DNA of 64,000 bases from an uncultured Chloroflexia bacterium (GTDB lineage: Bacteria; Chloroflexota; Anaerolineae; Promineifilales; Promineifilaceae), in contig CAWAPO010000005.1 of NCBI GenBank assembly GCA_963783985.1, forward strand, positions 225,306-289,305, read 5' to 3'. The translations under genes were made by a program, and so were the position numbers. Positions 36,435-45,750 of the stretch are shown piece by piece (position 1 is the first letter of the stretch; each line of letters opens with the position of its first letter). Below the pieces are notes generated by a model. That model saw only the letters and a program-made list of their open reading frames with translations. It made no database searches and was not told the origin of the DNA.

Positions 36435-37085
36435 TTACTTTTCTTTTTCCGACTTCTTCTGTTCACGCTTGCTGATGATCGGCTGCATAGGCCCGTCATC
36501 ATTCACTCGCAGCACTCTTACAAATCCGTGTTCCGACAATTGTAGTACACTGACTGAAGCCGGTGAAACAGCGATTCGCTGAAACAGATCAATATGAACG
36601 CCAAGATAGTGTGCCAGAACCAATTTTAATAGATCGGCATGAGAGACGACAACCACACACTCTGGTGGGTGACGCTGGCTGAGATTCTCCAATGCTTGAA
36701 CAGCGCGGTATTGAACTTCACGCAGCGCCTCGCCGCCGGGGAAACGCATCCTGCTCGGAAAAAACTGGACGATCTGCCAGCTGGGCTTCTTAGCCAACTT
36801 GGCTATCTTCTTGCCTTCCCAGGCGCCGTAATGCACTTCACCAAAGGCATCATCTAGAAGAATGGGCAGCCGGAAATGGGGAGCTATGTATTCGGCCGTT
36901 TCGACGCAGCGCGTGACCGGGCTGCTGTAAACAGCCGTAATTGGCTGCGGAGCCAGGCGGCTCCCCGCTTCCTGGGCCTGTCTGCGGCCGTTGTCATTCA
37001 AGTGAACACCGGGAAGCCACCCAGCCAGGCGGTGTTTCTTAACCCAGTCATTCTCTCCATGACGGACCAAAAAGAATGTCGTCAT
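36435..37085 (-). CDS. Histidine-phosphatase (PGAM-like) superfamily protein, MSMEG_4193-type candidate
   Basis: N-terminal FFLVRHGENDW (RHG catalytic motif) and a later SHADLL His motif. Its stop lies 2 nt before the next ATG. Confidence 0.85.
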   Translation of the reverse strand: MTTFFLVRHGENDWVKKHRLAGWLPGVHLNDNGRRQAQEAGSRLAPQPITAVYSSPVTRCVETAEYIAPHFRLPILLDDAFGEVHYGAWEGKKIAKLAKKPSWQIVQFFPSRMRFPGGEALREVQYRAVQALENLSQRHPPECVVVVSHADLLKLVLAHYLGVHIDLFQRIAVSPASVSVLQLSEHGFVRVLRVNDDGPMQPIISKREQKKSEKEK

Positions 37086-37136
37086 GGGTCAATGATAGCA
37101 CAATTGAATAGGCTTAGGAACGAGTCCTATCGATAT

Positions 37137-39644
37137 CTATGAATCCGCCCCGTTCTGAGGGGTACCGTCCGCTTCAGGCTCATCAATTGGCGCCGGTTCG
37201 CTGCCCGGCAGAGCTTCAACTTCTGGAACTTGTTCCGAATCCGGTCCAGGATCGGGAGCAAAAGATTGCGGTTCGATAATAGGATTAAAGATGAGCGAAT
37301 TACAAGCGCGATTATCAGCCAGAAGAGCTTCCTCCCAAGCATCAACGGTCAAATCAGGGGCGTACTGCGCGAGACCGAAATAGGAGGCCATCACGTGGCA
37401 GGCGACCGGCGCCGCCCACGCTGATCCTTCACCTCCGTTGAAAACGAAAACGGAGACAACGATTTCGGGATCATCGTACGGCGCATAGCCGACGTACCAG
37501 GCATGAGTCGGTTGAACCGCGGTCTTTTCAAAGCGGCACCAGCCACGCTCAATCGCGATATTGTCACAATACTCGGACGTTCCCGTCTTGCCCGCCGTGG
37601 AGATGCCAAATTTGTCCAACCAGTCGACCCAGGTGGCCCCCGTGTAGAAGCGCTCTTCGTCGATGTATTGATTCACCAGCTGCATACCCTCAGCGACGAC
37701 TTGCAGATACCGGTTATCGACCTCCGCCGCATCAATTACCTGCGGCTGAAAAACATACTGACCATTCTCATTGAATTCAACATTCAACGCCGCGTCCTCC
37801 AACGGTTCGCCATCAGCGTCTGTAATAACTACTTCTCCGTCCGCTCCCGGCCGAGCCCGAGCAATGACCTGGCTGTCATCATCAACGAAAACCACATTGC
37901 CGTCCTCATCGGTCATGTGGTGAATCAAGGCCGGGCGATATAGGAATCCACCATTGGCCACAACAGCGGCCATTTGGGCGACTTGCAGCGGCGTCGCCGT
38001 TAGAAATCCTTGGCCGATCCCCAGGTTATAGTCGTCTCCGGTTGACCAGGGCTCGCCCTGCGTGCGCCGCTTCCAGGCCCTCGTGGGCACGTTTCCTTCA
38101 GCTTCCAGTGGCAGCTCAATACCCTGAACACGGCCGAAACCAAATTGGTTTGCGTATTGGCTAATGCGGTCTACGCCGAGCCCCTCGACGAACTCCCCGT
38201 CTTGATCGTAACCACCGCTGATCTTGTAGAAGTAGATATCGCAAGAATTCGATAGCCCTTGACGCATATCCATCAACCCGTGTCCATCCCGCTTCCAGCA
38301 AACAAATGTCTGCGCGCGGCCAGGATCGTTGGGGGCAAAACGGTTCGGGATCTCAATTTGTCCTGGCGCTGTAAGCAGTCGTTCAGGAGAAATAATCCCC
38401 TCCTGTAAGGCGCCCGATGCCGGCACCAGTTTAAATGTCGACCCGGGCGGATAAGTGCCGCTGATAGCATGATTTACCAACGGCGTATAGTCGTTACGAG
38501 CCAGGCCGAGGTAATAATCAACTGGGACCTCCGACTGGAAACGATTATTGTCATAGGTGGGAAAATTGACCATTGCCAGAACTTCGCCAGTCTTGGGCTT
38601 GAGGACAACAACGGCGGCCTGTTCAATCTCCGGAAGCGTTTTCTCGCCGGTAATCTCATCCGTTCGCGGGGTGTTGCGATTCGCTTCCATGAACTCTTCC
38701 ATAATGCGCACGGCGGTCTGCTGCAGATCGATATCCAGGGTGGTATGCAGGTTTAGCCCAGCAGTCGGGTCTTTCGAAGTCCCGACCTGTCGGACTTCCC
38801 GGCCTGTCCAATCTTGCTCAATTGTCCGTTCTCCTTTGGTTCCGGAGAGCTCCAATTCCATAGAAGATTCTAGTCCTGACCAACCCACACGATCATCGCG
38901 TTCGTAGCCCAGCACGTCGATCCAATTCTCATTGGGAATGGGGCCCATAAAACCGACCAAGTGAGAAGTCAGTTCCCCGGAAGGGTAGTAGCGCAGCGGA
39001 CGGGGAAGCACGCGAACGCCGGGAAGAAAAATGCTTTCTTGCTCAATGGTATATGCCTGGCTGATAGGCAGTCCGGTTGTAATAACAGCCGGCACATACT
39101 GAGCGAAACTTCTCTCCTGCACAATCTTGCTTATGCTGTCGGGAAGTTTCGGCACAACGCCGGCTTGATCGAGCGTTTCCTCAACGGGTGCACCATAGAT
39201 CTGAGACAGACGGGAGTACGTGCTGACCAGTTCAGGATTGGCTGACTCCACCAGCAGCTGCTGCTGCACCGTATTCGTGACCGGCACGCCGGTCAGCAAA
39301 GAGAGCCGTTCAAACACCGCCTGCCGCCCCGCTTCCGTATCCGGCAAGAAAGCAGGGGTAATCGTTACATCAAAACTTGGTTGGTTGACAGCAAGGGGTT
39401 CCCCATTGCGATCAAAGATAACACCGCGAGGCGCGTCCGTTTGCAGCACAGCAAACCGATTCTCCGTTGCCAATGATTCCAGCTCAGGTCCCCGTGTCTG
39501 CTGAATCCACCATACACGGTAGATTAGAAGAAACAGGATCATGAGGAAAAGAACTCGAAGAAATATGATGCGGCCGCGAAGCCCGACATCCTCATCCTCT
39601 TTGAGTTCAAGGTCTTCAATTCTTTCCCAACCAATTCGAGACAT
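37137..39644 (-). CDS. mrdA: Penicillin-binding protein 2 (elongasome transpeptidase), extended form
   Basis: N-terminal TM helix; SxxK (GSTFK), SxN (SNS) and KTG(T) motifs. Located downstream of mreBCD. Confidence 0.9.
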   Translation of the reverse strand: MSRIGWERIEDLELKEDEDVGLRGRIIFLRVLFLMILFLLIYRVWWIQQTRGPELESLATENRFAVLQTDAPRGVIFDRNGEPLAVNQPSFDVTITPAFLPDTEAGRQAVFERLSLLTGVPVTNTVQQQLLVESANPELVSTYSRLSQIYGAPVEETLDQAGVVPKLPDSISKIVQERSFAQYVPAVITTGLPISQAYTIEQESIFLPGVRVLPRPLRYYPSGELTSHLVGFMGPIPNENWIDVLGYERDDRVGWSGLESSMELELSGTKGERTIEQDWTGREVRQVGTSKDPTAGLNLHTTLDIDLQQTAVRIMEEFMEANRNTPRTDEITGEKTLPEIEQAAVVVLKPKTGEVLAMVNFPTYDNNRFQSEVPVDYYLGLARNDYTPLVNHAISGTYPPGSTFKLVPASGALQEGIISPERLLTAPGQIEIPNRFAPNDPGRAQTFVCWKRDGHGLMDMRQGLSNSCDIYFYKISGGYDQDGEFVEGLGVDRISQYANQFGFGRVQGIELPLEAEGNVPTRAWKRRTQGEPWSTGDDYNLGIGQGFLTATPLQVAQMAAVVANGGFLYRPALIHHMTDEDGNVVFVDDDSQVIARARPGADGEVVITDADGEPLEDAALNVEFNENGQYVFQPQVIDAAEVDNRYLQVVAEGMQLVNQYIDEERFYTGATWVDWLDKFGISTAGKTGTSEYCDNIAIERGWCRFEKTAVQPTHAWYVGYAPYDDPEIVVSVFVFNGGEGSAWAAPVACHVMASYFGLAQYAPDLTVDAWEEALLADNRACNSLIFNPIIEPQSFAPDPGPDSEQVPEVEALPGSEPAPIDEPEADGTPQNGADS

Positions 39645-39669
39645 ACTATTCCAGGACAGCCTTGGCCAA

Positions 39670-40167
39670 CTAGATTTGCACAGGTCGCGGTCGCAAAGAT
39701 CGCTGAATCAGATTGAGGAGCCAGTAAATCGGCAGAATCAATACTGCCTGCAAAACAACAATCTGCACTAGGGACGCCAGAGACAAACCAAATGCTAGTC
39801 CGAACAAACGCAGATATAGAGCGTAAAGAATTTGCTGCACCACCGTTGCCATGATCGCGGCCAACAATGGGATGGCGACGCGATTTGCAGGAAGCATGCC
39901 GCTGACAAGACTAACGGCGAGTATCGCCATCATGTAAGTTAAAGACAGCCCACCGACGGGTGCAATAGTAAATATATCCATAAACAGGCCGGCAATGAAA
40001 CCCCAAACGAGACCTTCTTCTACACTACTAAGCAAGCTCCAGGCGAGGGCGAAGAGAAATGGCAGCGAAGGATCGGCCTCAAAAAAGCCCAGTCGAGGCA
40101 GAACCACCACCTGTACAATGGTCAAGACCGCCATCAGGGGCACGGCCGTCAGCACAGTCGAAAACAT
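39670..40167 (-). CDS. mreD: Rod shape-determining protein MreD
   Basis: 165-aa protein with 5 TM helices immediately after mreC. Its start shares a base with the mreC stop. Confidence 0.75.
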   Translation of the reverse strand: MFSTVLTAVPLMAVLTIVQVVVLPRLGFFEADPSLPFLFALAWSLLSSVEEGLVWGFIAGLFMDIFTIAPVGGLSLTYMMAILAVSLVSGMLPANRVAIPLLAAIMATVVQQILYALYLRLFGLAFGLSLASLVQIVVLQAVLILPIYWLLNLIQRSLRPRPVQI

Positions 40168-41024
40168 TACGGCTCCGTTTCTGAAAAGACGGACGTATCT
40201 ATCGGTTCAAAATCAGTAATGACAAAGATCAATTCCAGCGCATCGAAATCTGCGGCCGGTTGGACTATCGCTCGCTGGAAAAGTTCCGCCTCACGACGAT
40301 CCACTTCAATAACCCGGCCAATGACTAGGTCCTGGGGAAAGCGCCCTCCCAAGCCGGAAGTTAACACAACTTCTCCTACCTCAATTTGATGCTTGAGGTC
40401 AATCCAATCGATGGCCAGAACGCCACCAAGGCCGCCTCCGCGCAATATACCTGTTGCTCGCGATGTTCCCAGACGTGCCGGAATGGCGCTCGAACTGTCG
40501 GTGATTAAGACAACCTGTGATGAATTCGGCGTCGTCCGGTATATCTGGCCCACGAGCCCGCGTGCACTTTCCACAGGCATGCCAACACGAATGCCATCCT
40601 CAGAACCCTTGTCGATCACAATACTGCGCACCGCTGGATTTGGATCTTGCCCAATCACAGAGGCTGTCAACCTCTGATAGTCCGGAGCCTGTCGAGCACG
40701 ATTAAACAGATCCACCAGCAGCTGGTACTCTCCTTGAATCTCTCGCAGTTCCTCGTTTTCTCTTTCTAGCACATCAATTTGGGCTGCCAGCTGGGCAATT
40801 TCAGCACGCGCAGACTGCAGGTCTCGTGGGCCTTCCATGGCATCGGCGACCACATCAGCCCGCTGCGCAGTCCAGCCCATGGCTATGGACATCGGATTGC
40901 GTATGAAAGCAAATGCTGCATCGAGGTTGCCGGTCTGATCGAGAACCGTCAACGAGATGGCCAGCAGCGCCAATACGGCTATTGTGATCCATCTGATTCT
41001 CTTTTGAGCCTCATCGAGGTTCAT
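40167..41024 (-). CDS. mreC: Rod shape-determining protein MreC
   Basis: N-terminal TM helix, a coiled coil (IAQLAAQIDVLERENEELREIQ), and a beta-rich C-terminus with the GLGGRFP motif. Confidence 0.85.
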   Translation of the reverse strand: MNLDEAQKRIRWITIAVLALLAISLTVLDQTGNLDAAFAFIRNPMSIAMGWTAQRADVVADAMEGPRDLQSARAEIAQLAAQIDVLERENEELREIQGEYQLLVDLFNRARQAPDYQRLTASVIGQDPNPAVRSIVIDKGSEDGIRVGMPVESARGLVGQIYRTTPNSSQVVLITDSSSAIPARLGTSRATGILRGGGLGGVLAIDWIDLKHQIEVGEVVLTSGLGGRFPQDLVIGRVIEVDRREAELFQRAIVQPAADFDALELIFVITDFEPIDTSVFSETEP

Positions 41025-41099
41025 AATATATGAGGAATCCGCAAGGGCGCAAAGAAACTTCAGCTGCCTACGCTACGCGCTGATTCTGAAGCCGGATCT

Positions 41100-42161
41100 C
41101 TAGTGATGGGTGCTTCCTCTGTGAAGACCAACCAGAACACGCTCATAGTTGTCCAGATCCTCAAGCACACGTTCTGCACCACGCGCGACACAGGTCATAG
41201 AATCTTCCGCCACCCAGACGCGCATCTTGATCACGTCCTCCAGCCTATCGGCAAGACCCTGTATTTGCGCGCCTCCACCTGCCAGACACACGCCGGCTTC
41301 CATTAAATCCGCCACCAGTTCGGGAGGCGTATCATCAAGGGCATCACGCACCGTATCGACAATCACATTGACTGAAGGAGACATCGCTTCTCGTAGTTCG
41401 ATACTGCTGATTTCAACAGTTTGCGGAAGTCCGTTTATTAGATTCCGGCCGCGAAGCGTCATCGTCTTCTCTTCAGGAAGCGGAAAGGCGGACCCGATAC
41501 CTATCTTTGCTCTTTCAGCCATGCGCTCACCAATCAGCAAGTTGTACTTGTTTCGCGCATAGGCCACAATGTCTTCATCCATTTCATCACCAGCCACGCG
41601 AATGGAACGGCTGACCACAATACCGCCCATGGCAAATACAGCGACTTCGGTGGTGCCGCCGCCGATGTCGACAATCATGCTTCCCCGTGATTCAATGATC
41701 GGCAGCCCTGCACCGATGGCCGCGGCCATTGGCTCTTCAATGAGGAAGGCTTCCCGTGCGCCGGCAGACATCGTGGCATCATAGACGGCTCGCTTTTCTA
41801 CTTCCGTCACACCGCTGGGCACACCAACAACGACGCGCGGGCGCGGAAATGGTACCAACATCTGCTCATGTGACTTGTCAATGAAGTACTTGAGCATCGC
41901 TTCCGTGATCTCAAATTCGGAGATAACGCCATCGCGCAGCGGGCGGATGGCTACAATATCGCTCGGCGTACGGCCGACCATTTCACGCGCTTCTGATCCA
42001 ATCGCCAGCGGCTTGCGTGTTCGCTTATTGATCGCCACCCACGATGGCTCGTTGATTACAATACCTTTGTCACGGATCGCGACCAGGGTATTTGCTGTTC
42101 CTAAGTCAATTCCGATATCTAAAGAGAATAAGCCTAACAGCCAATCCAGTGGTCTAAACAA
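41100..42161 (-). CDS. mreB: Actin-like rod shape-determining protein MreB
   Basis: DIGIDLGTANTLV and IVDIGGGTTEVAV phosphate-binding motifs. Confidence 0.95.
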   Translation of the reverse strand: MFRPLDWLLGLFSLDIGIDLGTANTLVAIRDKGIVINEPSWVAINKRTRKPLAIGSEAREMVGRTPSDIVAIRPLRDGVISEFEITEAMLKYFIDKSHEQMLVPFPRPRVVVGVPSGVTEVEKRAVYDATMSAGAREAFLIEEPMAAAIGAGLPIIESRGSMIVDIGGGTTEVAVFAMGGIVVSRSIRVAGDEMDEDIVAYARNKYNLLIGERMAERAKIGIGSAFPLPEEKTMTLRGRNLINGLPQTVEISSIELREAMSPSVNVIVDTVRDALDDTPPELVADLMEAGVCLAGGGAQIQGLADRLEDVIKMRVWVAEDSMTCVARGAERVLEDLDNYERVLVGLHRGSTHH

Positions 42162-42493
42162 CGCCTTCCCTCTTTCCTTTCATGCAGCCAAACTGGCAGG
42201 AAAACTGTGTTTGCCTACGCGTAAAGGCAACCCGCCAAATCACGGAATTATACACTAGATAGGCTCAGACAGTCACTCCGGGTCTTTTTTGCTCATTATG
42301 AATGCGTCTCGAGCAGTACAGAAAGCCCTTTCTTTAGAAACAGCTAAACAGCAGTGCCCTTCTCTTCACCTGCGATCGTAAGATACCTTTGGGTCGTGCG
42401 TAGGAACAAGCTAGGATTCAATGACTTCTCTACTCCGCTAGGATAATTCATGTTTGCTGCTCGCAGCATATTATCATTTGAACAGGACTGATT

Positions 42494-42907
42494 ATGGCCA
42501 ACCAGGCACTCTTTGAAGGACTTGTCTATGACGAATTCGACCAACCCGTCAAGACGAAGCGCATTGGTGATGAGAGCTTTTACGTTGTGGATGATGAGGG
42601 ATTCATGCGCCATATTGGGGCTGAAGATGTCGATCGTCAAGTGTTAGCTTTCTTCCTTCAACAGCTTGAGGACAACAAAGACATGGCAATCGAACAGGCG
42701 CTTTCGATGATGGGCAAGGATGATCTGCTGACAAAAGCCGCCCTAGATGCCCAACTGCGCAACATTGACATGGATCAAATAATTGCCAGCGGCATTCCCC
42801 TGCAGGCGAGAGAAATGTTGGGCATGATGGGATTTCATGTGGTTATCAACGTCCACGGTGAGATAGTGAAGATCAACCAGCCATCCGCGCCGGAGATCGA
42901 CGAATAG
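42494..42907 (+). CDS. Hypothetical acidic soluble protein
   Basis: 137-aa ORF with no recognised motif. Divergent from mreB across a 332-bp intergenic region. Confidence 0.55.
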   Translation: MANQALFEGLVYDEFDQPVKTKRIGDESFYVVDDEGFMRHIGAEDVDRQVLAFFLQQLEDNKDMAIEQALSMMGKDDLLTKAALDAQLRNIDMDQIIASGIPLQAREMLGMMGFHVVINVHGEIVKINQPSAPEIDE

Positions 42908-42965
42908 ACCGCTGTTGACAGCTTCCCTTGTACTGCGTAGACGGCCACTCACGGCCCCCAGCCGG

Positions 42966-44381
42966 CTAGTACGCACCACGCCCAAATAGGCCATAGGGAA
43001 TGGTTTGCAGAAGAATGCGCAAGTCCAAAGCGAGCGACCAATTCTCGATATAGTAGATATCCAGCAGACAGAGTTCGTCAAACGTCAGGTCTGATCGGCC
43101 GCTTACCTGCCAGAGCCCCGTAATACCACCAATAACAGACAGCCGCTGCCGCTGCCAAGGTTTATACGCTTCTACCTCCTCCGGGAGCGGGGGGCGTGGA
43201 CCAACGAGGCTCATTTGACCTAAAATGACGTTGTATAGCTGTGGAAGTTCATCAAAACTCGTTCTTCGCAACCAACGCCCAACCTTAGTAAGGCGCGGAT
43301 CATCCTTGATCTTGAAGATTGGCCCGTCAGCTTCATTCCGATCCACGAGGGCCTTCTTCTGTGCTTCGGCATCCAGCACCATGGAGCGAAACTTGTACAT
43401 CCTAAAAGGCACGCCATCCTGACCGATACGGATGCCGCTGTAGACAACGGGCCCTTCAGAATCCAGCTTGATCGCCAAAGCGATCGCGCCGGAGGCGATC
43501 AATGTAGGAATAGCCAGTAAGATTGCGATAGAAAGATCCATTGCCCGCTTCGCAATCCTTCCGAGCGGGCTAAGATGAACTTCTCGTACACCGAGCATTG
43601 GGATACCGCTCATATTGATGAACTCAACCCGGTTCAGGCTCATTTGTAGAAGATCGGGAACGACTTGCGTGCGCACACCGTGAGATGCGGCGATTCGCAG
43701 AACCGCCAGGCTCTGCCGGTGCATTTCCCCAGGAAGGGCCACAAAGATTGTGTGCAAGGTCGGGTTCTTTTCCAAGACGGCCGCTAGGTCGCGGTAACTA
43801 CCAAGATGAGGGGCCAGCCCAGAGCCAAGGTCGTTTTCTCCCGTCCCATCATCCAGATACCCCTTTATGCGATAGCCGAGTTCAGGGCGGGCCATCAAGG
43901 TGCGCAGGACGCCACGGCCGACTTCCCCGGATCCAATCACTACCACGTCATCTACCAGATAGCCGCGCTGGTAAAGCATACTCAACAACCAGTGTCGAAT
44001 CAATCTGGCAATACCAAGTAGGAGAACGATGAAGAACATGGCCCAAACGAGCATCAAGCGCGAAAAAGGCACGGGCTGAAAGAAGAAAGAGATGGCCATC
44101 ATGATGGCAATACCAGATGCCGTCGCCGAGAGAATCCGTGACATCTCATCGATCCAGGTCTCGCCTCTCCTCCGGCGCCACACCTTGTGTTGGCGAAATG
44201 TCAGGATGAGCAACCCTGTCAGCAGCACCTGCTGGCCAAGATAACCATTGTAGGGCTCTTGATAGACGACAGGACGCAGCCACTGCCATTGGTAGCGCGC
44301 CAAGTAACCCAACACGAATGCCAAGTTTATCAGCAGTAAGTCGGAGATGATTGTGATGTAGCGAACTCGTTCGTGTTTCAT
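42966..44381 (-). CDS. Polyprenyl-phosphate sugar phosphotransferase (WbaP/EPS priming transferase type)
   Basis: Motifs KRAMDLSIAILL...GPVVYSGIRIGQDGVPFRMYKFRSM...DELPQLYNVILGQMSLVGPRP. Confidence 0.9.
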   Translation of the reverse strand: MKHERVRYITIISDLLLINLAFVLGYLARYQWQWLRPVVYQEPYNGYLGQQVLLTGLLILTFRQHKVWRRRRGETWIDEMSRILSATASGIAIMMAISFFFQPVPFSRLMLVWAMFFIVLLLGIARLIRHWLLSMLYQRGYLVDDVVVIGSGEVGRGVLRTLMARPELGYRIKGYLDDGTGENDLGSGLAPHLGSYRDLAAVLEKNPTLHTIFVALPGEMHRQSLAVLRIAASHGVRTQVVPDLLQMSLNRVEFINMSGIPMLGVREVHLSPLGRIAKRAMDLSIAILLAIPTLIASGAIALAIKLDSEGPVVYSGIRIGQDGVPFRMYKFRSMVLDAEAQKKALVDRNEADGPIFKIKDDPRLTKVGRWLRRTSFDELPQLYNVILGQMSLVGPRPPLPEEVEAYKPWQRQRLSVIGGITGLWQVSGRSDLTFDELCLLDIYYIENWSLALDLRILLQTIPYGLFGRGAY

Positions 44382-45541
44382 CGATCCAGCAGCACTCTGG
44401 AATAAACCCGTGAAGTTTCAATTCCGGCCCGTTCCCAGGAGAAACTGCGAGCCTGAGCCAGTCCCAATTGGCGCAGCTGCGCAGCCAAACCGGAATTGTC
44501 AAGAATAGTGTGCAGTTGTTCTGTTAGCGATTCGGCGTCTTGGGGATCGAAATAGTAGGCAGCCTCCCCACCCGCCTCCGGTATTGAGGACGAACACGAA
44601 GCGACTACCGGAGTCCCACAGGCCATCGCTTCCAATACCGGCATCCCGAATCCTTCATAGAGCGAGGGAAACACCAGCACCTTGGCCGCATTATACCAAT
44701 AGGGAAGTGCTTCATCGGCGACATACCCCAGAACATGGACACGATCTTCAAGGCGGAGCACCTTTATCTGCTCAAAGATTTCATCATACAGCCAACCTTT
44801 TGCGCCCGCAAGCACAAGGTGTACGTCATCTCTTCTGAGCATGGAAAACGCTTTCAACAGAGTGGGGATGTTCTTGCGTGGCTGCAGCGTTCCAACATGC
44901 AGGATCACGTTTTCAGGTAGGCTGCGCTCAGTTCGGAAGCGCGCTATTTCATCGTCCGGAAGCGGCCGAAACTGTCTATCAACGCCAGGGAGGACAACAT
45001 CGATCTTCTCTGAAGACACACCGAAAAAGTGCTGCAAATCCTGGCGACCCGACTCAGAAATAGTTATGATTCGATGCGCTTTCCTAATCGATTGTGCTGT
45101 CTGATTCCGCAGATAGATACGCTGCAATCGCGGAAATTTTTCCGGGAAATGGAGGAAGCTTAAATCATAGACCGTCACAATGGAAGGAATGGAGCCCAGG
45201 AGAGGCGTGGCAAACGCCATCCCATGCAGCAAATCAAATCTTTCCCTAGCCGCCAGGAGGGGCCATGCGCTCTGTTCCCATAAGATGCGGGCTGTGCGCC
45301 GCTCTGTCGGCCACCTGCTCGTTACAACGCGAATTCTCTTGCTCGGCGCCACTGCATTCTCATCCCGCGTATATATCGTATACCTCATCTTCGTCTGGCT
45401 CGTCGGGAGATGGCGAAGAATCTGTGTCATATATTGATGAATGCCGGCGCGCCGATACCCAGTTTCGGACGACAATAGATGTGCGTTGATGGCGATTGAT
45501 GCGTGGGCGCCTTGGTCCTGTTTGCGACTCTGGGTATGCAT
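44378..45541 (-). CDS. Glycosyltransferase family 4 (GT-B)
   Basis: FPSLYEGFGMPVLEAMACGTPVV (E-x7-E region). 4-nt overlap with the downstream priming transferase gene. Confidence 0.85.
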   Translation of the reverse strand: MHTQSRKQDQGAHASIAINAHLLSSETGYRRAGIHQYMTQILRHLPTSQTKMRYTIYTRDENAVAPSKRIRVVTSRWPTERRTARILWEQSAWPLLAARERFDLLHGMAFATPLLGSIPSIVTVYDLSFLHFPEKFPRLQRIYLRNQTAQSIRKAHRIITISESGRQDLQHFFGVSSEKIDVVLPGVDRQFRPLPDDEIARFRTERSLPENVILHVGTLQPRKNIPTLLKAFSMLRRDDVHLVLAGAKGWLYDEIFEQIKVLRLEDRVHVLGYVADEALPYWYNAAKVLVFPSLYEGFGMPVLEAMACGTPVVASCSSSIPEAGGEAAYYFDPQDAESLTEQLHTILDNSGLAAQLRQLGLAQARSFSWERAGIETSRVYSRVLLDR

Positions 45542-45679
45542 AACTGGAAATTATAACCCACCCACCCTCTTCTTGAGCAACGATCGGCCAACCATCTGCC
45601 AACCATTCAGAGTAAACTTAGCAGTTCCCCCATTCCCTGCATCAATTGGCACAGACTTATGGAGCAATGATACATTATG

Positions 45680-45708
45680 TTGACTAAAGGGGGTGCAGAT
45701 ACTAAAAT
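45680..45708 (+). promoter_or_regulatory. Candidate promoter TTGACT-17-TAAAAT of the LysM lipoprotein gene
   Basis: Hexamers at 45680-45685 and 45703-45708. Confidence 0.45.
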
Positions 45709-45750
45709 AGCCGTAAAGTCAAATGATTGTAACCACGAGGAGGCATCGTG

